Below are positions 45,099 through 52,466 of a stretch of 64,000 bases of DNA, one piece after another (the stretch's first letter is position 1; each line of letters starts with the position of its first letter). Both the position numbers and the translations under genes were made by a program. Origin of the DNA: a virus; the IMG/VR virus record IMGVR_UViG_3300027740_000040, positions 8,139-72,138 of that record; one strand, given 5' to 3'. The notes under the pieces were generated by a model. That model did no database searches and was not told the origin of the DNA. It saw only the letters and a program-made list of their open reading frames with translations.

Positions 45099-45516
45099 CG
45101 GATCCCTCGAGCATCTTTCGGCTCATCTCGAGCTCGGCGCGGTTGTCGGAGTTCTTGCCGGCGGCTTCGACGAGCTTGGCGAGCGCCTCGAGATACTGGG
45201 GGCTCGCCGGGTGATTTTCCCGTCCGAGCATGTCGGCGGACCGCTTCACCGCAGCCCACACTGCACGGACGGCTTCGGCCTCCGCCTCGACGACCCGATC
45301 GTCGATGGCATCCTGTCGCGCCCGCGCCGCCTCGTAGAGTTCGCGGAGCTGATCATCGTGGGCCAAGGCCCGCCGGTAGTTTCCGACGGTGGCTCGGCTT
45401 TTGATGCCGAACTTCGCGGCCGCCTTGGCGTCGCCGATGCTGTCAGCGAGCGCCAGTAGGGCGGCTTGACGATCTTTCGCCAGCTTTGATCCGCTGACCT
45501 TGCTTGACCGTCCCAA
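44995..45516 (-). CDS. terminase small subunit (putative)
   Basis: N-terminal HTH (AAAKFGIKSRATVGNYRR), helical body, immediately upstream of terL. Confidence 0.7.
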   Translation of the reverse strand: MGRSSKVSGSKLAKDRQAALLALADSIGDAKAAAKFGIKSRATVGNYRRALAHDDQLRELYEAARARQDAIDDRVVEAEAEAVRAVWAAVKRSADMLGRENHPASPQYLEALAKLVEAAGKNSDNRAELEMSRKMLEGSGGKRRTETPENPAMGGVVPQVRPGSGGVAEQPVH

Positions 45517-45685
45517 CCTTCACCCGCCTCTCACCGCACTCGCACGCCTCAACCGCCTCGACCACGTACCTGGCCCCCGGTGGCGACCCGTCGGTTAGCA
45601 GCACCCGGCCACCCCTGGTGACGGCTCTGTGCCTCGCCCCTCCGCACCCCAAGCACCTACACCGGACCGTCAGCGTCACCCGCAC
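45443..45685 (-). CDS. small zinc-ribbon protein
   Basis: CRCLGC...CECG; exact end relative to terS uncertain. Confidence 0.5.
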   Translation of the reverse strand: MRVTLTVRCRCLGCGGARHRAVTRGGRVLLTDGSPPGARYVVEAVEACECGERRVKVGTVKQGQRIKAGERSSSRPTGAR

Positions 45686-45762
45686 AGTGTAGCCACTGGC
45701 CTATCCGGATCGCCACGTCCTTGACTCTCCGACCGTCCGGCCTCACACTCCCCCTGTGCGCC

Positions 45763-46080
45763 ATGACACCCCAGGACCTGCTCCGGTGGGCCCGCGACCT
45801 CGAATCGCAAGGCCTAGACCACGCGGCTGAAGAGCTGCGGTGGGCGGCCGCGTCTCGCGCGCCCGGCGTGAAGCGTCTGACCTGTCCACAACGGCAGCGC
45901 GGTGCCTACCCTTCCGCGACCGAGCCGGCTGCTGACCCCGAGTTCGATCGCGAATCCGACCCGCTGTGCGTCCTGGAGTCCGCGCTCCTTGATGCCGAGT
46001 CGGTTGGAGATCTCGCGACCGTCTCCGCCCTGCTCGGCGTCCTGGCGGGACTGCCAGCGGCTGGGCGTCGGGCGGCGTGA
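45763..46080 (+). CDS. hypothetical helical protein on the opposite strand
   Basis: Protein-like composition; candidate promoter TTGACT-17-CACACT at 45721-45749. Confidence 0.45.
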   Translation: MTPQDLLRWARDLESQGLDHAAEELRWAAASRAPGVKRLTCPQRQRGAYPSATEPAADPEFDRESDPLCVLESALLDAESVGDLATVSALLGVLAGLPAAGRRAA

Positions 46081-46259
46081 TCACCTGATCCGCCAGCTTT
46101 CCTGCTGGGGCCAGCGCGATCGGGAGCGATCTCGTGATCACCCTCGGCGGTGTCGCCGTGCCGGATGCGCTCCGGGGTTCGTCCTCGCGCTGGGAGCGTT
46201 CTCTCGGAGCTCCGCGGGCGCACGATCGGGACCCCTATTAGGATCCGCGGCAACCCCCA

Positions 46260-46289
46260 CTCTAATGCGCTCTAATGCGCTCTAATCGC
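46260..46289. repeat. 10-bp tandem repeat (CTCTAATGCG x2 plus CTCTAATCGC)
   Basis: Read directly from the sequence. Confidence 0.85.
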
Positions 46290-46740
46290 CGGCCGGTTTC
46301 AGATCGCTTCCTTCGGCAAAACGGACCTCCAGCATGGCGATGCGCCTGGCGAGCTTCCCTACCCCTGCCGCGACCTCCGAAACCGACACCAGGACCAGGC
46401 GATCGCCGGCTGCCATCTCCGACCGTATTCCGACGAGCTCCTCCTGCACCACTTCTCGAGCTACCTCCTCGGCCTTGCGATCGACGTCCCGCAGGTGGGC
46501 GGAGATCGCTTTCCGCAAGTCGTCGCGTTCCGTGTCCTCGTCGAATAGACCCGGAGCGTATCGGTGCAGTTGTGCCAGCGTCACCCGCCACCGGAGCCGC
46601 TTCTCCCCCGTCCGCACCCCGATGCGACGACCCACCCTTCGTTCGGCGGCGAGGAGGATCCTCTTGAGCTTTTGGCAACCGAATGGCCCCAGCTTCAGCA
46701 TCCGCGCCGCTTCGGGCAGGGTCATCAGTTGCTCGGCCAT
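46282..46740 (-). CDS. excisionase/MerR-like HTH protein with coiled coil
   Basis: LMTLPEAARMLKL HTH start; TGATG overlap. Confidence 0.65.
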   Translation of the reverse strand: MAEQLMTLPEAARMLKLGPFGCQKLKRILLAAERRVGRRIGVRTGEKRLRWRVTLAQLHRYAPGLFDEDTERDDLRKAISAHLRDVDRKAEEVAREVVQEELVGIRSEMAAGDRLVLVSVSEVAAGVGKLARRIAMLEVRFAEGSDLKPAGD

Positions 46741-47879
46741 CAGCACCCCCCCAGCGCCAGTCTGACCTTCTCGCGAAGCTCCTCGCTGGAGTCCATGGCC
46801 ACCCGCGAGAGTCCGATGATCTCAGCGAGCAGTACCTCCTTCTCGGCATCGGGCGGCGCCTTGATGCGGGCTCTCCTGGGCGCTGGTCCGTCGCGCCGCG
46901 CCTTCCTGGGTCCGACTTCGGCCAGCCACGCCTCGACGGACTCGTCCCGCAGATCCTCGGCCTCGTGCCGAGCGTCGGTCAGCAGGGAGCCGGTCCGGAT
47001 GTCGGGGTTGTTCTGCTGCCGCTCCCGGACTCGGTCGAGCACGGCATCCGGACTCGGCGCGTCCGAATACTCCTTGGCGTGCTGATTGACGAGTCGTTTC
47101 CCGGTGGTCGTCAGCGCCAGCAGTCCCGCGACCCCGCAGGCGCCGGGTCCGTAGAGTCGAGAGAGGACGGCGACTCGGAGGTAACCGCGATCGCTGCCGC
47201 TGCGAATCCGGAGCAGTCGCGAATCGACTCGCCCGATCTGCTCGGCCTCCGACTCCCCCATCCCGATCCCAGTGCTGCCGTGCTTGCTGGAACCAGTAAT
47301 GTTCGCGTCGAGTGGCCGCAGCCGTTCGAGTGGCGACGGGATCCAGCCGCGCCCGTGGCAGGCCCCGCACCACTCAGTGACGACTGCCTTCGAGTCGCGG
47401 GACAGGTTCGCGATCTCGACCCGGAGCGCGTCCAGTTCCTCGTCGCCGAGTGCCCGCGCCTCTACCACGGCCTCATCGGCGATTCGGTTCGCGTGCTCGA
47501 GCCGGTACGCCTCTGCCTCTCGATACGCGGTCCAACGGTCGCGGGCGACGGATGCCCGATCCATCAGCACCCGGTAGGCCACCAGGTGCGGGATCCGTTT
47601 CGCGCGGACTCGCAGGTCCTTCATGTCGGCGACCACGTGGGCGCGGTGCGTGCAGTCGAGCGCCTGCGCCTCGTCGCTCTTGGTGCGCATCCGCTCGGAC
47701 CCGTCGAGTCGCCCGACTCCGCCGCAGACCGGACACCGACGCGAACGCCCGTAGCGCGCCATGCGGTCAAGCATGGGACCGAGATCGGAGGCGGACAGAC
47801 GGTCGAAGGTGCGGCCGCAGAAGTAGGCGATCAGGTCCTTGATGTCCGGCTTGTCGAGACGAGGTCGGGTTGCTCTCAT
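46740..47879 (-). CDS. zinc-finger putative late-transcription regulator (Q-like position)
   Basis: CPVCGGVG and CGACHGRG motifs; last large gene before terminase. Confidence 0.45.
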   Translation of the reverse strand: MRATRPRLDKPDIKDLIAYFCGRTFDRLSASDLGPMLDRMARYGRSRRCPVCGGVGRLDGSERMRTKSDEAQALDCTHRAHVVADMKDLRVRAKRIPHLVAYRVLMDRASVARDRWTAYREAEAYRLEHANRIADEAVVEARALGDEELDALRVEIANLSRDSKAVVTEWCGACHGRGWIPSPLERLRPLDANITGSSKHGSTGIGMGESEAEQIGRVDSRLLRIRSGSDRGYLRVAVLSRLYGPGACGVAGLLALTTTGKRLVNQHAKEYSDAPSPDAVLDRVRERQQNNPDIRTGSLLTDARHEAEDLRDESVEAWLAEVGPRKARRDGPAPRRARIKAPPDAEKEVLLAEIIGLSRVAMDSSEELREKVRLALGGC

Positions 47880-47951
47880 CAGGTCCTCGCCCTTGACTTG
47901 GCTCGCGCCATGATACAGATTCCTTCTGCCGTCGTCGTCGAACCGGCACCA

Positions 47952-47987
47952 CGCCTCCGGGTCACCACCCCGGGGGCGTTCGTTCGT
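47952..47987. terminator. strong GC hairpin, terminator candidate
   Basis: CGCCTCCGGG-7nt-CCCGGGGGCG followed by TTCGTTCGT on +. Confidence 0.55.
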
Positions 47988-47992
47988 CAGCG

Positions 47993-48553
47993 CTACGCCG
48001 CCTTCTTCTCCAACTCCTTCTTGAGCTTCGCGTTCTCGCGCGTCAGCCGCGCCACCTGGGTCCTGAGCTGGGCGTTCTCGCGGGTTAGCCTGTCGATCTC
48101 GGTGAGGCGCCCGACGTCTCGCGGAACCTCTTGTCGTGGATCCACCTGTCGGAGCAACCGCTGCGATGCTTGCAGCGAGGGTCGCACTCCTCCGCGCGCA
48201 TCCGAGAAGGCGTCGACCGCCCGCACGAACGCCGGAACCCGATCGCGATCCCTAGTGTTCGCCAGCGCTATGACGGGGTTCGCCCCCAGCCGCTCCGCTT
48301 CCTCCTCGCCGACCAGTCCGACGCCCTTCTTGAAGTTCTCGAAGCGGGCCACGTCACACAGGTCGTGCGACTTGAGGAACTGGGCGAACGTTCCGATCCC
48401 GCACGCCTCCAGCAGCGACATCTGCTCTGCCTCGACCCGCCGCAGGTAGAGGAGGAATCGCGCGTCCGCCTCCTCCTTGCTCTGCCGCAGTGAGCGGGCC
48501 TCGGTGACGATCTCGTTCAGTTTCTCTTCGTTGCTCTTCTGCTTCTTGGACAT
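47993..48553 (-). CDS. hypothetical protein with C-terminal coiled coil
   Basis: ATG at 48553; its RBS lies in the partial CRISPR repeat. Confidence 0.8.
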   Translation of the reverse strand: MSKKQKSNEEKLNEIVTEARSLRQSKEEADARFLLYLRRVEAEQMSLLEACGIGTFAQFLKSHDLCDVARFENFKKGVGLVGEEEAERLGANPVIALANTRDRDRVPAFVRAVDAFSDARGGVRPSLQASQRLLRQVDPRQEVPRDVGRLTEIDRLTRENAQLRTQVARLTRENAKLKKELEKKAA

Positions 48554-48557
48554 TTGG

Positions 48558-48577
48558 TTCCTTTCCTCACGCATCGC
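48558..48577 (-). repeat. partial (20-nt) CRISPR repeat copy containing an RBS
   Basis: TTCCTTTCCTCACGCATCGC identical to the repeat core; abuts the last full repeat. Confidence 0.85.
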
Positions 48578-48754
48578 GCTCTGCATTCCTTTCCTCACGC
48601 ATCGCACCACGGCTCGACCACGAACTACGTGGACGGGTCGGAGCTCCTCCGCTCTGCATTCCTTTCCTCACGCATCGCACCGTCACAACCCAACGGAGAA
48701 TCAGGAAGATGACAACGACCTCCGCTCTGCATTCCTTTCCTCACGCATCGCACC
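48577..48754 (-). CRISPR. mini-CRISPR array: three repeats (36, 36, 32 nt) and two 37-nt spacers
   Basis: Repeat CCTCCGCTCTGCATTCCTTTCCTCACGCATCGCACC (+) at 48719-48754 and 48646-48681, 4-nt-truncated at 48577-48608; unique spacers 48609-48645 and 48682-48718; period 73. Confidence 0.9.
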
Positions 48755-50357
48755 TGCCCTCCGAGGCTCGGCGCGATTTCGATGGGTTACGCGACGCTTT
48801 GCGAGCGCCTCCTTTCTTGGTTCTGCCCGGCTCCCCGGCGGGGCCTTGTTTCTGCTGATCTGCCTCACGCACCACTTCGCCTCTCGCCTCCGGGCTTGCG
48901 AACCCCGTCTCGATTCCGAACAGCTTGTCCCACGCGCTCATGTTGGCGCCTGACCTGCGCAGCATGTGCAGCACCGCCACGAAGTCGGCCGGGCGCTCGT
49001 ACCCGCAAGCTTGGCAGTGGAACACCCCGGTACGGGTGTTGTGCTGACCGTCGTGCACGTTGCAGCACCGCGGGCATTCGGTGCTGATGTACTCGGACGA
49101 CACCTCGTCCAGCGGGATCCCATCCTTCCGCAGCGCCCACGCCACCGCCGTCTTCAACTCGGCGAGCGGGAATCGGTCCACGAACCTCCGAACGTTGCGA
49201 TCGTCGCTCGGCTGAATGCCGCCATGGTCCTCGATGAATACCCGGCCGCACCCCCACTCGCGGCAGAGTTTCGCCACCGCGGCGGCGAGTTGTTGACACT
49301 TCGTGTGATTGAAGCGCGCCAGGTAGTCGCCGAGTCGCTCGTAGGTCGCGAAACGTCGATCTCTCCCGTGCCCCTTCGCGCCGCTTCCGCGCTCCGACTC
49401 GACGATTCCCTTCAACTGCCGACGCCGCGCCTCGAGCGACCGCCGCATCGCTAGGTACTTGTTCCCGCGGTCCAGGTATCGGAACTTACCGGTGCTGCTC
49501 ATGGCCGTCAGCCAGTTGTGCTGACCACGGTGCACAACGAGGACGTTCGCCGCGTTGAGCTTGGTGGGTGCCGGCTCCGGCTCCGAGTAGGCGATGATCG
49601 CGTACCACTTCCGCCTACGCTCGTCGTACACGATCTTGAGCGCACCGCGCTTGACCGAACCATCTGCAATCTCCCGAAGCTTCGCCCAGTGGCTACCCTT
49701 CGACGGCGCCAGGCGCGCGAACCAGTATTCGATCACGTCCGCTCCGCCATCCTTGTTGGATCCGAGCGCGATCTTCAGGGTCACCCCGTGCGCGTCCGCG
49801 ATGACTCCTGACTCGTTAGCTCGGTTAGGGATGGGCGCTCCTAGCTTGTAAGATGGGATTCGCGTCCGCTTGCCGTCCTTCGTCCACTTCTTCAGCTTTC
49901 GCTCCACCTCGCGAGCCACATCCGACATCATACCGGCGTGGCATTCAATCCCGTTCGCTTTCGCTACCTGCCTAGCCATCTGGTAGGCGCGAGCCTTCCC
50001 GTCTAGGTCGAACAGTTCCTTCCCCGAGTGCTGCTCGAGCAGCACGTTCAGCAGCGTACCGTTGTAGATGTGGTGCATCGCCGACCGGTAGCGACGAAGC
50101 TCGGTGCCAAGCTCGTCCCACGTGCGCCCTATCGGCGCCACGATCTCCACCCGAAGCGCCTTGGTGATCAGAGGAACCTCGCAGTGGACCGACGAACGGC
50201 GGAATGCAGAGCTCTCGGAATCCTTCGGACCCGAGAAGACCGAGGCGGACGAACCGCCCCGTTTGCGAGCGGACTTGCCCTCGCATCCGGGCCCCGGAGT
50301 AGGCCCATTATTGCTCTCCGCTCGTCGGCCCGCTGCGGGGCCCTTCTGTTCCTTCAC
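48741..50357 (-). CDS. cas12f: Cas12f (type V-F)-like effector with RuvC-I Asp-to-His substitution
   Basis: Colinear motifs with AsCas12f1 as recalled: TKALRVEIV-P...W-ELGT-LR, IPSYK, YDERRRKWY, GHGRDRR, GCGRVFIED, CPRC/CQAC, ADF. Start is GTG 50357 (GAGGAGG RBS) or CTG 50171. Confidence 0.85.
   Translation of the reverse strand: MKEQKGPAAGRRAESNNGPTPGPGCEGKSARKRGGSSASVFSGPKDSESSAFRRSSVHCEVPLITKALRVEIVAPIGRTWDELGTELRRYRSAMHHIYNGTLLNVLLEQHSGKELFDLDGKARAYQMARQVAKANGIECHAGMMSDVAREVERKLKKWTKDGKRTRIPSYKLGAPIPNRANESGVIADAHGVTLKIALGSNKDGGADVIEYWFARLAPSKGSHWAKLREIADGSVKRGALKIVYDERRRKWYAIIAYSEPEPAPTKLNAANVLVVHRGQHNWLTAMSSTGKFRYLDRGNKYLAMRRSLEARRRQLKGIVESERGSGAKGHGRDRRFATYERLGDYLARFNHTKCQQLAAAVAKLCREWGCGRVFIEDHGGIQPSDDRNVRRFVDRFPLAELKTAVAWALRKDGIPLDEVSSEYISTECPRCCNVHDGQHNTRTGVFHCQACGYERPADFVAVLHMLRRSGANMSAWDKLFGIETGFASPEARGEVVREADQQKQGPAGEPGRTKKGGARKASRNPSKSRRASEGRCDA
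50190..50345 (-). ncRNA. tracrRNA candidate
   Basis: 12-nt anti-repeat at 50201-50212; 5-nt anti-repeat CTCCG in a hairpin loop at 50295-50299; several stem-loops; ends approximate. Confidence 0.55.
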
Positions 50358-50382
50358 GCTGTCCTCCTCGCTCTCAACCTGC

Positions 50383-50643
50383 TCACTCCGCCGCCCTCCT
50401 CGCAACCACGTCACTGCCCGACATCTCCTGTTCCAGCAACTCCTCCGCCTCCCCGTAGCTCCGCCGCGCACCCAGTCGCACCCCGTCCTGCCGGATCGCG
50501 ATGAACGGCGGCCACTGCGCAGAACTGAACACGATCGTCCCGCGGCCGGGCAGGTCGTACTCTGAGCGGGTGGGCTCGGGTGCGGCGCCGCTAGCGGCCT
50601 TCGCTGGCTTCCGATAGCGGATGCGCGGGGGGCGGAAGGTCAT
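50383..50643 (-). CDS. small hypothetical protein
   Basis: ATGA overlap; MTFRPPRIRYRK... Confidence 0.65.
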   Translation of the reverse strand: MTFRPPRIRYRKPAKAASGAAPEPTRSEYDLPGRGTIVFSSAQWPPFIAIRQDGVRLGARRSYGEAEELLEQEMSGSDVVARRAAE

Positions 50644-51038
50644 GGCCGCCCGTGCCCCGGGCAGCCACAGCAAGGGCACGGATCCCACGTCGGCCACTCC
50701 TCCCACTCACCCGGTTCCAGCAACTGGAAACAGATCTCCTGGAGCACCGGCGGGCGGGGCGGCGGCACGGGAAGCGGCGGGAACCTTAACGGTGGCAGGA
50801 GGTAGAGAAGGTCGTCGTCGGTCATGGCCCACCGCAGTGTTTCGACACGACTACCAGCACCAGCAGCGCGAAGTTCAGAATGGCCGCCAGACGCCACTTC
50901 TGCGCACTGGACTCCGCCTTGACTGCCCTCGACGTCGTGTCCGCAGAACGGGCAGCGCGCTCGCGGCGGGGGAGGCGGTGGCCACGGATTCGGCATCGAC
51001 GGACGGTGCTCCATCGCCGCGCCCGTTGGTACCGTCAC
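50640..51038 (-). CDS. Pro/Cys-rich hypothetical protein
   Basis: GTGA overlap; CPFC and CPCCGC motifs. Confidence 0.5.
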   Translation of the reverse strand: MTVPTGAAMEHRPSMPNPWPPPPPPRARCPFCGHDVEGSQGGVQCAEVASGGHSELRAAGAGSRVETLRWAMTDDDLLYLLPPLRFPPLPVPPPRPPVLQEICFQLLEPGEWEEWPTWDPCPCCGCPGHGRP

Positions 51039-52048
51039 CCCTCCCTCCCCAATTCCCGCTTCGCCGCCTCGACTCGCTCCGTCTGCTGCGCCAGCGCCGC
51101 CTCCAGTCTGGCGACCCGTCCGTTGGCCAGGTCGTTATCGGCGCGGAGTCCGGCGATCGTGTGCGCTGCCTCCGAGCACCTGAGCCTGCCCTCCGCTTCC
51201 TCCGCTCGCTTCCTCTCCAGCCCGCAATCCCTCGCCGCCACCTGGTACGATTTGAACCACTTGTCGCTTGCGCCGCTGGCAGACGCGAACTGTTCTCCAC
51301 GAGCAATCAACGCATCCCCAAGATCTCTGACTTGGTCCCTGAGCACTCTGACTCTCTCCTCCGCCACCCGCAGCTTCTCCGCCATCTCGTCGAGCTGGCA
51401 CACCGGGCCCTTCGCGCGCGGGTTGTCCAGCGCCTTGACGACGGCTTCCGCGACTCCCGACGCGCACTCGCAGACGGCCTGCTTGCTTCGGCTCTCGAGT
51501 TCGAGGAGTTTCCCCTCTAGCTCCGCCGCTCGCCGCTCCTGCCTGGTCGTCTCATCCTCGGAAACGATGATCCGTCTCTGTAGACGGTCCATCTCCGTCT
51601 GGTATGCTAGGTGCGCAGAGCACCGAAGTTCTTCCGTTTCCCGTGCGATCCGCTCCGCATCCTCGGCACGTTTGCGGAGAACGGCGCGCTCTTCCGCAAC
51701 GATGGCAGCGGTCTGCGATCCGCCGAACGCACCGTTCAGAACCGCGAGCCTCACTTCCTCTGGCTGGGCCTTGACATGAGCCACTAGCCTTTCGGCAGGA
51801 GTCCGAGCGTGTGCGGCCGCTAGCCACGACCATGGACCGGGAGGCAGATCGTTCGCCAGGCTCCAGAACTCCGAGGCCGCCCCCTCCGGCAACGCGCGGA
51901 TCCATGCCACCACTTGCGGGATAGTGGCGCGGCTACCCATCCAACTTGGAAGCGTGGCACCGGGGTCCTCCGGTAGCGCGTGCAGCGCTAGCTTGGCAGC
52001 CACCGCCGGTTTCGGCTCTTCCCACGTCACGTTGCTCACGTCGGTCAT
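51035..52048 (-). CDS. long coiled-coil protein
   Basis: ATGA overlap at 52045-52048; heptad repeats. Confidence 0.75.
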   Translation of the reverse strand: MTDVSNVTWEEPKPAVAAKLALHALPEDPGATLPSWMGSRATIPQVVAWIRALPEGAASEFWSLANDLPPGPWSWLAAAHARTPAERLVAHVKAQPEEVRLAVLNGAFGGSQTAAIVAEERAVLRKRAEDAERIARETEELRCSAHLAYQTEMDRLQRRIIVSEDETTRQERRAAELEGKLLELESRSKQAVCECASGVAEAVVKALDNPRAKGPVCQLDEMAEKLRVAEERVRVLRDQVRDLGDALIARGEQFASASGASDKWFKSYQVAARDCGLERKRAEEAEGRLRCSEAAHTIAGLRADNDLANGRVARLEAALAQQTERVEAAKRELGREG

Positions 52049-52296
52049 TCCGCGTCTCCTCCTCCCCACAACATCGTCATCGCGATCCCGTCGGCGCAAC
52101 GCCTGCCCTCGCACTCGCCGGCCGCGGTCCTGTTCCACACTGCTGCGATCAGCACGTGCAACTCCCGCATCTCCGCGCGGGTCACGCGACGGGGGCGCCT
52201 CCGCGCGGTGAACGGACGGCGCCTCCGTGTGATCGTGTTCGGCACGTGAATCAGCGCGGACCGCATCGGGAAGAGGCGGAGCTGGATGGGGGTCAC
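52045..52296 (-). CDS. small basic hypothetical protein
   Basis: GTGA overlap. Confidence 0.5.
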   Translation of the reverse strand: MTPIQLRLFPMRSALIHVPNTITRRRRPFTARRRPRRVTRAEMRELHVLIAAVWNRTAAGECEGRRCADGIAMTMLWGGGDAE

Positions 52297-52466
52297 GGCA
52301 GCACCTCCCTGGGTAGCCACCACGTCCAGCGCACCGCTGAACGGTCCGTCCAGGTCAGCGATCGGACCCCGTCACCGTCCAGCACCAGCACTCGGGAGCC
52401 GTGCGCGGGCGGGTCAACGCGGGCGTCGCGCCAGTGATCCAAGATGGTCGGTGGAGTGGCGTTCAC
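52293..52466 (-). CDS. DUF551-like small protein
   Basis: W.DAR.DPP..GSRVLVL...TWW.P. Confidence 0.55.
   Translation of the reverse strand: MNATPPTILDHWRDARVDPPAHGSRVLVLDGDGVRSLTWTDRSAVRWTWWLPREVLP

Noticed and set aside
46683-48449. 588-aa + strand ORF and similar long antisense ORFs (30542, 31487, 50880, 54398, 19394)
   Set aside because: High-GC shadow frames opposite well-supported genes; no motifs or RBS.
48609-48718. Self-targeting spacers
   Set aside because: I found no matching protospacer by eye on either strand. This was not an exhaustive search, and the genome extends beyond the window.
48727-48738. Shared TGCATTCCTT with the Un1Cas12f1 repeat as I recall it
   Set aside because: A 10-nt match recalled from memory at a different position in the repeat; too weak to use as evidence.
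48843-48875. Fourth degenerate CRISPR repeat (TCTGC...CCTCACGCA)
   Set aside because: Only a 9-nt exact match, and out of phase with the 73-nt period.
48741-50471. IS200/IS605 transposon TnpB
   Set aside because: No tnpA or recognisable transposon ends nearby. Motifs follow Cas12f, and a regular repeat-spacer array plus anti-repeats are present. A phylogeny is still needed.
50358-50471. ORF-track start at 50471 for the effector
   Set aside because: It overlaps the upstream gene (stop at 50383) and has no RBS; 50357 or 50171 fit better.
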